The notes below the pieces were generated by a model. The model was not told the origin of the DNA, did not search any database, and saw only the letters and a list, made by a program, of their open reading frames with translations. Position numbers and translations under genes: made by a program. Source: Neocallimastix sp. 'constans' (lineage: Eukaryota). From it: a stretch of DNA of 64,000 nucleotides. Numbering within the stretch: position 1 is the first letter of the stretch; each line of letters starts with the position of its first letter. The stretch is from NCBI GenBank assembly GCA_050613775.1, contig JBODTK010000121.1:186001-250000 (forward strand). Reading direction: 5' to 3'. This document shows positions 32,305 through 45,344 of the stretch, in pieces.

Positions 32305-32412
32305 TAAAATATGATAATTAATAAAGATGATTATTAATAATAATTATCGTAAACATACCTTATCTACCTACCAATTTTTCTGTTTTTCTATTTTTCAATT
32401 TTTTAATTTTTT

Positions 32413-32454
<42 letters not shown>

Positions 32455-32669
32455 CTTTTCATTTCTTATCTTAGCCAATATTTCATATATATATAATTTA
32501 ATTTTAATTTTTTATATTAAAAAAGTAGAAAAAAAAAAAAGTAAAGAATTTATATATATTTATTTATTTATTAAAATAAACTTATAAAACTAAATTAATA
32601 TATTATTATTATTATTGTATTATTATTTTATTATTATTTTATTTTATTTTATTTTATTATATTATCTTT

Positions 32670-32720
<51 letters not shown>

Positions 32721-33189
32721 TGTAATTTTTGTTTATTTCATTTTAGAGTTATAAATTAAAATAAACCAAACAACTCTTATAAAAAAATTAATATAAAAAA
32801 ATACAATAATACTATGCAATATAATAAAACTATTTATTAATAAAACAAAATCTAGTAATTCACAATTATCTTTTGTAAATTTTATATATTTGAATCATTA
32901 ATTTTTTATTTAAATAATAATTCATATATATTTATTACAATATAATGAACAGGATATACTAATTATGTAGTTATATAATTTCAAAAATCATTATTTTTCA
33001 TTTTAATAAATACAACATAAATTATATTTTTGTATAAAATAATTTTTATGAAAATTTTAAAATTTAAAACTTTAATTTATTTAATAACAATTATTTTTCA
33101 GTTCTATTTATTATTCTTTAATAATGTATTTGGTATAAATATTGTTTTATATGTTTTCATATTATATATATATATATATAATAGTAATA

Positions 33190-36100
33190 ATAGAAGGGAT
33201 TATTTTGAAAGTGGTAGATAAGGATATACAATGATTTATTAAAAAAGGTAATTCTGACTGTTGTATTATAATAATACAAATAATAATGATAAATTAAAAA
33301 TATATGTAGATTTAATTTTTGCTGGGGATAACAATAGCAGAAAATCAACATCCGGATATGTTGTCTTTATAGGAATGGACCTACAAGTTGGTGTTCAAAG
33401 TTAACCTAAATATTTTTATTACGTTGCATCAATATTAAATAGGTAGAATTTTCATTCTTACTAGCAGCCTTACTTAACAGAAAAATAATAATATAATGGG
33501 CCTTGCATTTATTGCAAGAAATAAATAGACTTCCAATAGCTTGCTTGTAAATTCTGGGAGTAGTCTGAGTACTTCTTTTTCATTTGAAATAGTATTTGTA
33601 GTAAGTCTTAAATTATTAATATTAAATTTTCGTAATATGCCGTTTAGGAATCTTTTTTGATGAATAATGTACCTATCAATAGATTTTGTAATTTTAATAT
33701 CTCTAATAAAATCAGTTGTTTTAAATTATTTAACTTATATTTACCTTGGAGTGAGTTCTTTACCTTCGATATTTTCGTATTAGTTCTGGTAATTAAGATA
33801 TCGATAACATATACATCTAGAAAATAAATTATATTATTATAGTTATTTTTCTTCACATGCAAGCAAGATTCACTAATTAATATAATAAAGTTTGATCCTA
33901 TTAGTGGTATACTTTATTTGTTATTCCACATTCGATTGCCTCAGACCATATAATGCTTTATTTAATTTGAGTATACCTTTTTTGTACATTTTATGATCTT
34001 TTGATACATTTTATATATTATATTATTGTTATGAAAATTTAATTTATTATTTTGATTTAAAATTATATTGATTAATATTATTAATATGTTGGTCCGAATT
34101 ATTTAAATAATTAATATTTTTAAAATTATTTTTATTATAATTAATGTTCCTTCTATTTTCATTAATGAAGTTATTATTAGTATTATTATCATTATAGGTA
34201 TTATTAATATAATTACTTTTATTGTTCGAATTATTATTATTATTGAAATTATTTATATTATTTATATTATTTATATTATTTATATTATTTATATTATTTA
34301 TAATATTATTAGTATTAAAATCCTCTGAATGATTATCGATATAAAATTGTAAATATCAGGAAGAGATGAAGGAACAAATATATTAGCAGAATAATCTTCG
34401 AAGAACACAAGGGCTTTTGAAAGTTTAATTTTATTATTACTTGAATCATAAATACGAGAGACAGATGGGCTTGTATCGTATCCAAGAAAAATTCCCGAAA
34501 AGGTAAAGTTAGTAAACTTATTCTAAATTGTTTATGAATAAAATAAAAGGCTTGACAACAATGTTTAGAATAATTGTCTTTTTTCTTTTATTACACCTCA
34601 AAGGGTACCTTGTTTTGTACAAAATCTTTATAGTTCCTCATAAAGGTAATAATAACAGATTATAATAAACCCCCAAAAAATAACAAACACAAGTACAAAC
34701 ACACAATTAATTTAAATATAATTTTAAAAAGAATTTACTTTATTATAACTCTCTTTTATTAATAATCTCTTAAAATATTATTAACTAAATAAATGTTAAT
34801 AACAAATACATTATTTTAATTAGTACATATTATTGCTATTAATAATTTATTGATTACTAATGTTAGAATTTTTATATTATTTAAATTATTTAAATTATTT
34901 AATTGACTGTTACTATTCTTTTCCCCCTCAACTGAGTAATTCGAAAGAAAAATAGAATTTATATATACTTCTGAAAGGAAGGTAGTATTAATAATTCCAG
35001 GAATATTTTCCAAAAATAGACATCTCTAGTTAAAATCATGCTGTTTAAAGATAGATCTAAAATACGATAACCAGTAGAATCCGTGATATAACTAAGAAAA
35101 GTTCTAGGTTTAGAATTATTTTCAAATTTATTATTTTCATAAATTGTAAAAATACACTCTGCAATCAGAAACACGTGGGTATGAGATATTAATAGTTTTG
35201 TTGAAAAAGACTTCATTTTGGGTTTTTGAATCATTACCTTGATGGGGATTGAGATTGTAAAAACAACTATTAAAAGTTTGGTTGATTTGCTACGATCATA
35301 CTATTGAGGGTTACCTGAAGTTTGAGTGAATTAATTTAATAGCATTTTTTGAAAGGAACTTTTTGAAATTTTCGTTTGTTTATTAGGTTCCATTATCAGT
35401 TTTTAAAGTTTTAATTGTAAATTCAATAGTATTATTCATTAATTAGTGAAAGTTAATAAAAACATTATAAACATCAGATTTTATTTTTTAATGAGGTAGA
35501 TTCAACATTTTCTACTATAGTTATCCATAAAAGTTAAATAATAATTAAAATCATTATATGATGTTTTTAATTTACTAACTACATCGGAATGTACAAGTTG
35601 TAGAGGTTGAGTATTACTATTTTTTTTAAATATAAAATTATTTTCTTCTTATTTTGCTAATTTTAAATAGAGAACAATCCTTCTTGCTGTTGATACAAAA
35701 ATTTTTGAATATCTTTTGTATTGTTGAAATGGCCTAATCGTGTGTGACAAAGTTAATAATCGAAATTGGTAATATTTAAGTTTTATGGGTTTTAAAAAGA
35801 GTAGTATATAATGAGAAGATATTTTTTTTTATTGGAATAAATTCTTTGCAATTAGTTTATTATCTTTGAATAATCGAAGTCTATCTTCATTTAAATATTC
35901 ATTGTAATCAATAATAATTGTGAATTGATAAGATAATGAATTGAGATTGATTTCTTTTGATATTAGGTGCATAGTTAACCTTTGATAAAATAAAATCAAA
36001 ATCATTAGTATTATCATTATAAGTTCCTACTTCTTTAATTCGTCGTCTGGGTAAGTTATAATTTTATCTTGTATCATCTTGATCTTTGACTTCCTTTGTT

Positions 36101-37100
36101 TGACTAGTATTCGATATGTCATTGCGAAAAATATTAACGTTAATATTTCTTGAAAATCCTGAGAAAATTTATTTTCGCTAAGATCATCTGATTCTTCTAA
36201 TTCTTTAATATTTCTAATTCCTTCAACGTTCTTTGATCGATAATTCTTATTTCTTGAGTTATTTTTTGATAAATTGTTACTTTCTTGATATTTTATATTT
36301 TCTTTTAGTGGATTCTTATTTCCTTTATTATATTTTCTTCTTGGGTTTAAGAAGCATTCATCTGTAGTGTAACCATGTCTGTGGCAAATATGGCAGCGTT
36401 TATTTTTTTTTTGGCTTTTTTCAGAATCATCATTAAATTTATATGATTATTTATAGTTTCGAGCTCTATTGATTGAAAGTTTTTTTGAGGATTCGTTATT
36501 ATCATCAGTCCTCTATATATCTTTATACATCTTTTTATTTGATCAAAAGTCTTTTATTCAATTAAAAGTGTTAGATGGACTCCAAATTTGATAATTTCTT
36601 CAGTTGAAAATAAGATTTCTTGTTTCTTCTTCTAATTTTATTTTTTCCGCATTTTTTAAATTCCTTATCATGAAGGGCGAATAAAATAACTTTATTTATT
36701 TATATATAATTTAATATCATCGTTTTCGATTTCTAAAGTTTTAATTTAATATTTAATTTAATATATAATTCTCATGGTCCAAACTACATAAAATGATTTT
36801 CAAGTTGTTTTATCATTTCATAAGAGGTATCACAACCTTCAATAAATTTATCAGTATGCTGTTTTTAATAATGGATCGGATAGCATAGTGGTTCTTAAGT
36901 TCATTTTCATTCGTTTTTTCAAGATCTATTTTATAGCTTATAAATTCAATGTGGTCTAGAGCAGTTAGGTGGCGCTTAAATGCTTTGTACAATCTTGGGA
37001 AATTTTCTATGATTAATTTAAAGTTCTGATCATTAAATACTGATTTGTTGGAAAGGTAGTAAGCTTTTCTCTTATTAAGTTTCTCATTATTTTTTTGATT
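33190..37100 (-). mobile_element. Degenerate, rearranged Ty1/copia LTR-retrotransposon remnants (at least two elements)
   Basis: Minus strand: zinc knuckle CHICHRHGYTTDEC (about 36380), HTRLGHF (about 35735), QPLQLVHSDV (about 35590), TDNGT, two integrase-tail motifs (about 35050 and 34470), RT motifs KLNKALYGLRQS, VYVIDILI and YKQAIGSL. Plus strand: RNase H FAGD..RKSTSGYV..GPTSWCSK (33310-33400). Many stops and frameshifts; LTRs not resolved. Confidence 0.88.
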
Positions 37101-37626
37101 TTGGAATATATAATTTTAATTTTTACATTTTTTTTGAATTTATTAAAATCTTAAAATTGTTATTTACGTATTATTAACTTTCATAATTATTGTTTTGTAA
37201 TGCTATTTACTTCTTTAAAATTTCCTGATTTTTTTAATTATCATATTGGAATTTGAAAATTTTGGAATTTAATTAATTATAAAAAATTTTAAATTTTAAA
37301 TTTTAATTTGACTTTTAATTTCAATAATTACAATAATTTTTAAATTTTTAAATATATCTTTAATAGTTAATTTATAACAAGATTGTTATATTTTATTTTA
37401 ATATTTTTTATTGCTTATAAGTTCGTTAGGTAAATGAGAATCTTAAAGAATGTAATTACTATATCACATTTTCAATATAGATTAATTAATACAAATAATT
37501 TACATTTTCATAATGTGGCTTATTATATAATATAGATATTATATTATTATATAAAGTATAATTGTAATGTTGCTAATTGCTAATACATAACAAATTTATA
37601 TATAGTATTATTATAGGGGATTATGT

Positions 37627-37856
37627 ATTTCACAATATGGCTTATAAATATTAATAAAATAACGCCATACATTTTTAAGATATTCTATACAATCATAAAT
37701 ATATAAATAATAATATATTTTTTTTACAATTGAAAATAAATTATATATAAAAAAAAGAATATTTATTATTTATTTAATTATTTATTTAATTATTATTTAT
37801 TTATATATAATTGTAAAAAAACAAGCCACATTCAAGAATACGCCATATTGTGAAAT
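37627..37856. mobile_element. Small inverted-repeat element (MITE-like), 230 bp
   Basis: Perfect 15-bp inverted repeat ATTTCACAATATGGC (37627-37641) / GCCATATTGTGAAAT (37842-37856). True ends and TSD not resolved. Confidence 0.5.
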
Positions 37857-38217
37857 TGATGATTTAGAAATAGATTCATTATTGTATAATAAAACTAATA
37901 TTAAATATATTTAAATTATTTATTTATTTTTTATTAATTAATAGTATTAAACTTTAATTTATAACAGTTATAAATAAATAGAAATAAATAAAGATTTAAA
38001 CTAAGAAATTAATATAAATTTCTCCCAAATGTTATTATTGAACGGAATTTATTTATCATATTTAGGGTTACTGAATATATATATATTTTTTTATAAATAT
38101 TATAGTTTAAAAAAATTTAATATTTTGAAACATTCTTTGTATTGACCGTAGATAAAAATAAAATTTGTTAATTTTAAAAAAAATTTTTAAAATCTTTACA
38201 ATTAAAGTTTTATTAAA

Positions 38218-38337
<120 letters not shown>

Positions 38338-39284
38338 CTTTTACTTGTAAAATAATAATTAATACGAATGTTAATTTTTTAGAAATGGATACAATATAAA
38401 TATATTATGATTATTATTAAAGATTTGTATATATATTAATATTATTAATATATGTAATTATTTTATAAATACATTTGTATATATATTAATATTATTAATA
38501 TATTTAATTATCATTTTATAATTGTATAAATTTAATGACGTAATAAGTAAAATTATTTAATATTTAACTAAATAAGAAAAAAAAAATTAAAAAATGAAAG
38601 CAAAAGATATTAAAATAATATTATTATAAATATTTATGTAATGTTATTATTCTATATAATTAATAATAATTTAACATTTTTTTTTATGTAAACATTTATA
38701 TTTAAATTTATATATCTTTATATATATATAAATTACTTAAATGTAATATTCTTATATATAATTTAATTAATTAATTAATAATGTATATATATAAGAACTT
38801 TTTTTTTTTTTTTTTTGAAAATGATAAATTACTGGAAATATAATTTTGTATACTAATGTTATTAAATTTAGCTTGTATGTTTTATTTATTTATACTTATT
38901 TATATTTCATTAATATTAATATTATACGTAAATTACCAATTATAATGTACTTTGAAATATATATTATTGAATCTTTTATTTATTTATTATTATTTGTTTT
39001 TCAGTTTGGAAAGATAAATCATAGTTTTATAATAGTCTAAATTATTATTTCCACATATTTATAAAGATGATATTGAATGTAATATTATTACTACTATTAA
39101 TATTAAAATATTAATATTACAATAATTATTACTTTTGTTAATATTTATAATCCATCTAATAAAAACATTTGTAAGAAATTCATACATATTTTTAAATTAA
39201 TATTTTATTTATTACTAATTTTAATTTTATTGATTTTTTTATTTCCAATTAATGTAAGTTTAATTATAAAAATATTAATATTAA

Positions 39285-39320
<36 letters not shown>

Positions 39321-40691
39321 GGAATATTTAATGAATTAAGAAAGTTTTGTATTAATGAATTAAATATAGTTATTGTTAGAAGTTTATTTTACTTTTGTTC
39401 TTTCTTTATTTTATTTTATTTTTTTTTAATCAAAGAAAAATTTAAAAGGATAAAAAAACTTGAATTATGTAATTTTAATTTATAATTTTGAGAAAATTTC
39501 ATAACATTATATATTTAATAATTAGTATTTATTTTTCAATATTTAATTATAATATAGAATTTTTTTTAGTTTTCTTTAATATAAATATATAATTTATACT
39601 AATTTATTAAGCAATAAGATTATTTTTTAATAATTTAATGGAAAATAAAAATATGTGTCATTGTAATTTATATTTGACTTAAATAACAAAACAAAAAAAA
39701 AAAATGATACAAAAATTGTAATTTTTTTTTTTTATTTAATTGTTTTAATGTATTAGAAAAATTTAATAATTAAATTGGTTAAAATATATAATAAATAAAA
39801 CATATGTAATATAATGAACTTAAATTTTTTTTTTATAAGATATAATTATTTATATCATTATCATAAGAATTATTATTAAATATTTTAGATATTCACAACA
39901 TTATTAAAAATTTGAATAATACCATTTGTAATATATGACTATGACTAATAATAAAAATTTGAAATAGAAGAGATATATGTATATATATATTATTTTGAAA
40001 TATTGAATTATATTTAAAGATTTTAGTCAGAATTAATTAATTAATTATTCAGTTTTTTTAATTAATATAAATTTAAAATTAAATTAAATTGAAATTTATG
40101 TAATTAAATAAAATAACTGAAAAGATTAAATGTCAGGTCTTTTAATGCTGAACTTTATGATGTATTTATCTTAATATGAGCTTAATTTATTATTATTTTT
40201 TAACCATTATAAAATAATTAATACTTTTTTAATGAAAATATAATTGCTCATATTTCCATTTTAAACAAATATTATTATTATTATTATGAAAGTATTTGTA
40301 AATTTAAAATAATTTCTTTTATCAATAAGTTTTGTCATCCGTTTATGTATTATTTTGTATTTTTTTTATATAATTTTTTTTATTTTTAAAACTATCTAAT
40401 TTATAAAAATTTACATTTTTAATTTAAATGAAAATGAATAATAATTAATAATAATTAATTATTATCCATTCAACTATTAATATTAAATAAATATAATTTT
40501 TAAAGTTCAAATGAATACCAAAAATTAGTAATTATAAAATAACTTTATAAAAACTTTAATATATATACTTCTTACAATTTTAATTTAAAAAATTATAAAA
40601 TTTGATTAAAATAAATTTTTTAAATAAATATAATTTATATCTTTCAATTTCAATCACAATTTCAATTTAATATATGTATATATATTTTATA

Positions 40692-40733
<42 letters not shown>

Positions 40734-40900
40734 TGTATAATTAAACATTCGAAAAAACTATAGAAATAATTATAATATATTTTGATATAATGATTTTATT
40801 ACTTATATTGTAAAATATGAATATTTATAATTTTATTAGTAATTTATGTTGATTATCATAGTAAATATTAAATATTTATACATTAATACATTTTCTAACT

Positions 40901-41033
40901 TATAATAGTTGATAAAATCTCATACAATATCTATCCTATAATAGTGATTAAAATTTCATACAATCTCTGTCTTATAATAGTGATTAAATTTTTATACATT
41001 GTCTATCTTTTAATAGTTGACAAAATTTCAAAC
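40901..41033. repeat. 36-bp degenerate tandem repeat, about 3.7 copies
   Basis: Units start at 40901, 40937, 40973 and 41009. Consensus about TATAATAGTKRWTAAAATTTCATACAATNTCTATCY. Confidence 0.8.
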
Positions 41034-41808
41034 TATATAGTATACATTGATTTATATGAAATAGTTTCAATAATAAGATAGATTGTCAATTATGTATATA
41101 TATATATAAAGTTTATTTATTTATTTTTTTTTTTTAATTAAACTTTTTTTTTTTTTTTTAATAATTAAATATATAATTTTATATTCAATTAATTAATAAC
41201 TAATAAGAATTATACAATAAATGTAATTGTCAATTTTTTTTTTTTTTTTTGCTTTTTAAATAAATATAAATATATATACATCTATATATATTTTATTTAA
41301 TTCATTATATATATTAGATTAAAATTTTAGATTAAGATATAACTCAAAAAATAATTATTTCATTTGTAGTTAATATATTCTTTTTTTTTTTAAATGTTTT
41401 TTTTTTTAATTATTCCAAATGTATCTCATTATTAATTATTATATTACTTGACTTACAAATAATATTAAAAATTTAAATTAAAAATAAAAACTTTAATTTA
41501 TATGATTTTTAAAGAACTATATTTTATTGAAATATTGAAATTTAAACATTTTTATTATAAAAGGCTATTAATTATAAATTTTTATCTTTAAATGAACTAA
41601 TGAATGATTAAATTACTATTACTATATATATGCTTTTTTTCATATATAAGGTTAATCTTTTCCCTTAAGTTTATTAATCAAATAAAACTAATAAAAAATA
41701 TATATATTGATTATATATATAATATTTAAGAACAAAATATTATATTGACTATAATATAAAGTTAGAAAAAAAAAAAATAGTTATATATATATATATACTT
41801 TTTTAAAA

Positions 41809-44442
41809 ATGAAATTTAGCACAGCGAATAAAATTTTATTTTCAAGTTTAGTTGCATCCGCCAATGCATATGATTTGTTAAAAGATTATGCTGGTGATTT
41901 AAAGGTTGGTGTTGCTGCTAATTCTATGAGATTTAGTAATAGTAACTATGTTAATGCTATGAAAGCATTCAATATGATGGTTGCTGAAAATGATTGTAAA
42001 CTCTCAGGTATTCAACAGCAAAAGGGTGTTTACAACTTTAATGGTTGTGATAATCATTACAACAAAGCTAAGGAATTAGGTATGGAATTCCGTGGTCACT
42101 GTCTTATTTGGCATTCATATCAACCATCATGGTTTCAAAATGCTGATGCTAATACTTTAAAAAATGCTATTGTTGATCATATTACTAAAACATTACAACA
42201 TTACGAAGGTAAAATTAAGGTTTGGGATGTTGTTAATGAAGCCATTGATGATAATTCTAATGGTAATGGATGGAATATGCGTAGGTCCTTCCTTTACAAT
42301 AAGGTTCCAAACTTTGTTGATCTCGCTTTCCAAACAGCCCGTAAGGTTTCACCAAATACTAAACTTTTCTACAATGATTATAATGCTGAAGGTGTATATG
42401 CCAAGGCTGAATCTATTTATAACTTTGTAAGCGATTTAAAGAAACGTAATATTCCAATTGATGGTGTTGGTTTACAATATCATGTTGGTGCTAGAGAACA
42501 ACCATCATACAATAAAATTAATGACTTAATTGGTCGTTACTGTAAATTAGGTCTTGAAGTTCATATTACTGAACTTGATGTTAAACTACAAGGTGACCAA
42601 AATGGTCAATCTCAAGCCTTCTCTAATGCTTTAAAGGCTTGTCTTGCTAATTCATGTTGTAAGGCTTTCCTTGTTTGGGGTGTTGGTGATAATGATAGTT
42701 GGTTAGGTGCCAATGAACAAGCTCTTTTGTTTAATGGTAACTATCAACCAAAGCCTGTTTACAATACTCTTCTTAATATTTTAAAGACTAGTGCCAGACC
42801 AGCTTCATCTTCTGTTAAGACTATTCAAGGTAACTCTAAGTCTAAGACTTTACCTAATAATTCAAAGACTCTTCCAGGAGCTTCCAAAACCCTTCCAAAG
42901 ACTTCCAAGACTCTTCCAGGAAATTCCAAGACTCTTCCAGGAAATTCCAAGACTCTTCCAGGAAATTCCAAAACCCTTCCAAAGACTTCCAAGACTCTTC
43001 CAGGAAATTCCAAGACTCTTCCAGGAAATTCCAAGACTCTTCCAGGAAATTCCAAGACACTCCCAGGAAATTCCAAGACACTCCCAGGAAATTCCAAGAC
43101 ACTCCCAGGAAATTCCAAGACTCTTCCAGGAAATTCCAAGACTCTTCCAGGAAATTCCAAGACACTCCCAGGAAATTCCAAGACTCTTCCAGGAAATTCC
43201 AAGACTCTTCCAGGAAATTCCAAGACTCTTCCAGGAAATTCCAAGACTCTTCCAGGAAATTCCAAGACTCTTCCAGGAAATTCCAAGACTCTTCCAGGAA
43301 ATTCCAAGACTCTTCCAGGAAATTCCAAGACTCTTCCAGGAAATTCCAAGACTCTTCCAGGAAATTCCAAGACTCTTCCAGGAAATTCCAAGACTCTTCC
43401 AGGAAATTCCAAGACTCTTCCAGGAAATTCCAAGACTCTTCCAGGAAATTCCAAGACACTCCCAGGAAATTCCAAGACACTTCCAAAGACCTCCAAGACT
43501 CTTCCAGGAAATTCCAAGACACTCCCAGGAAATTCCAAGACTCTTCCAGGAAATTCCAAGACTCTTCCAGGAAATTCCAAGACTCTTCCAGGAAATTCCA
43601 AGACTCTTCCAGGAAATTCCAAGACTCTTCCAGGAAATTCCAAGACCCTTCCAGGAAATTCCAAGACACTCCCAGGAAATTCCAAGACTCTTCCAGGAAA
43701 TTCCAAGACTCTTCCAGGAAATTCCAAGACCCTTCCAGGAAATTCCAAGACCCTTCCAGGAAATTCCAAGACCCTTCCAGGAAATTCCAAGACACTCCCA
43801 GGAAATTCCAAGACACTCCCAGGAAATTCCAAGACTCTTCCAGGAAATTCCAAGACTCTTCCAGGAAATTCCAAGACTCTTCCAGGAAATTCCAAGACTC
43901 TTCCAGGAAATTCCAAGACTCTTCCAGGAAATTCCAAGACTCTTCCAGGAAATTCCAAGACTCTTCCAGGAAATTCCAAGACTCTTCCAGGAAATTCCAA
44001 GACTCTTCCAGGAAATTCCAAGACTCTTCCAGGAAATTCCAAGACTCTTCCAGGAAATTCCAAGACTCTTCCAGGAAATTCCAAGACCCTTCCAGGAAAT
44101 TCCAAGACCCTTCCAGGAAATTCCAAGACACTCCCAGGAGGTTCTAAGACCCTTCCAAAGACCTCCAAGACACTTCCAGGAGGTTCTAAGACCCTTCCAA
44201 AGACCTCCAAGACACTTCCAGGAGGTTCCAATTGTAAGCCATCCACTGTTACTGTTACTCAAAGGGTTACTGTTACTGTTACTGTTGAATCACGACCAAC
44301 TCAAGGTGGTCAGAACCAAAGTGGTGGTAATTGTGCTGCTAAATGGGGTCAATGTGGTGGTAATGGATTTAATGGTCCAACTTGCTGTCAAAGTGGTTCT
44401 CAATGCCAATTTGTTAATGAATGGTATTCACAATGTCTTTAA
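41809..44442 (+). CDS. xynB: Secreted GH10 endo-1,4-beta-xylanase with very long repeat linker and C-terminal CBM1
   Basis: Signal peptide. GH10 motifs [15 protein letters not shown] (acid/base), [20 protein letters not shown] (nucleophile). SKTLPGN repeats. CBM1 [27 protein letters not shown]. Intronless. Architecture matches Neocallimastix xylanase B. Confidence 0.97.
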   Translation: MKFSTANKILFSSLVASANAYDLLKDYAGDLKVGVAANSMRFSNSNYVNAMKAFNMMVAENDCKLSGIQQQKGVYNFNGCDNHYNKAKELGMEFRGHCLIWHSYQPSWFQNADANTLKNAIVDHITKTLQHYEGKIKVWDVVNEAIDDNSNGNGWNMRRSFLYNKVPNFVDLAFQTARKVSPNTKLFYNDYNAEGVYAKAESIYNFVSDLKKRNIPIDGVGLQYHVGAREQPSYNKINDLIGRYCKLGLEVHITELDVKLQGDQNGQSQAFSNALKACLANSCCKAFLVWGVGDNDSWLGANEQALLFNGNYQPKPVYNTLLNILKTSARPASSSVKTIQGNSKSKTLPNNSKTLPGASKTLPKTSKTLPGNSKTLPGNSKTLPGNSKTLPKTSKTLPGNSKTLPGNSKTLPGNSKTLPGNSKTLPGNSKTLPGNSKTLPGNSKTLPGNSKTLPGNSKTLPGNSKTLPGNSKTLPGNSKTLPGNSKTLPGNSKTLPGNSKTLPGNSKTLPGNSKTLPGNSKTLPGNSKTLPGNSKTLPGNSKTLPGNSKTLPGNSKTLPKTSKTLPGNSKTLPGNSKTLPGNSKTLPGNSKTLPGNSKTLPGNSKTLPGNSKTLPGNSKTLPGNSKTLPGNSKTLPGNSKTLPGNSKTLPGNSKTLPGNSKTLPGNSKTLPGNSKTLPGNSKTLPGNSKTLPGNSKTLPGNSKTLPGNSKTLPGNSKTLPGNSKTLPGNSKTLPGNSKTLPGNSKTLPGNSKTLPGNSKTLPGNSKTLPGNSKTLPGGSKTLPKTSKTLPGGSKTLPKTSKTLPGGSNCKPSTVTVTQRVTVTVTVESRPTQGGQNQSGGNCAAKWGQCGGNGFNGPTCCQSGSQCQFVNEWYSQCL
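42840..44230 (+). repeat. Coding 21-bp minisatellite (SKTLPGN), about 65 copies
   Basis: Unit TCCAAGACTCTTCCAGGAAAT with synonymous variants (ACA CTC, ACC CTT) and occasional [14 protein letters not shown] units. Confidence 0.97.
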
Positions 44443-45344
44443 ATTAAAATTTGATTAACAATGTAAATAATTATGAATAAACATAATTTTAATACGTTTA
44501 ATAATTCATTTTTAAAGTAGAAATAATGATAAAATTAATTTATTTTTTATTTTTTATTTAAAAAAGAAAATATAAATTAAAAGTCAATAAATTAATGAAT
44601 GAATGAATAAAAAAGAATTAATGATAAAATAAATTTATTAAGAAAAAAAATAAAAAAAAGAACGAATGTTAAAAAAAGGAAAAAAAAATTTAATAGCTTA
44701 TAAGAAAATGGAAAAAAATAAAAATAAAAATAAAAATAAAAATAAAAAATAAAAAAATAAAAATAAAATTAATTAATTAATAAATTTAATATAAAATTTA
44801 AATAAAATTTATAATATAAATAATATTAATAAAAAATTTGAATTTATTAATGATTATAAATAAAAATAAAACAAATGTAAATAACCTATATTAATATGAA
44901 ATAAGTAATATTATTATATTGATTAAATTTATTGTATTTAATTGTGGGATCTAGCTTAATTTTATTATCAAAATAAAATGTATATGTATATTGATTAATT
45001 TCACTTTTAAAGAATTTTTTTTTTTTTTTTTATTGAAAATTTAAAATTGTTCAGTATTTTTTTCATAACAATTTAAAGTCTCAAGTCCTGAAATTTTCAA
45101 AAGAGGAAAATTTAATGATCAATTTACCTTTTTTTTTGTTCTTCCCTAACATCAAAAAAAAAAAGAATAATATAGAATCAATTACTGATTCTGATAGAAG
45201 TAACGAAGTATTTAATAAAAAAAATGAAATGGTCTGTTTATCAGGTCCCTTGAGGGTTGATGAAAAGGGAATAACCTATATATCAGGTGTACTAATTACA
45301 ATTTTCTGTAATTTTGATGATAATCGATAGTTATCCTCCCCAAT

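Noticed and set aside
34921..34933. Polypurine tract (TTGAGGGGGAA on minus strand) marking a 3' LTR
   Set aside because: Not followed by a TG-starting LTR and lies within integrase-tail coding remnants.
42840..44230. CRISPR-like array
   Set aside because: Contiguous coding repeats with no unique spacers, no cas genes, and a eukaryotic context.
42791..44458. Long alternative-frame and antisense ORFs (555, 473, 466, 425 aa) over the xylanase linker
   Set aside because: The 21-bp unit has no stop codon in any frame, so these are by-products of the repeat.
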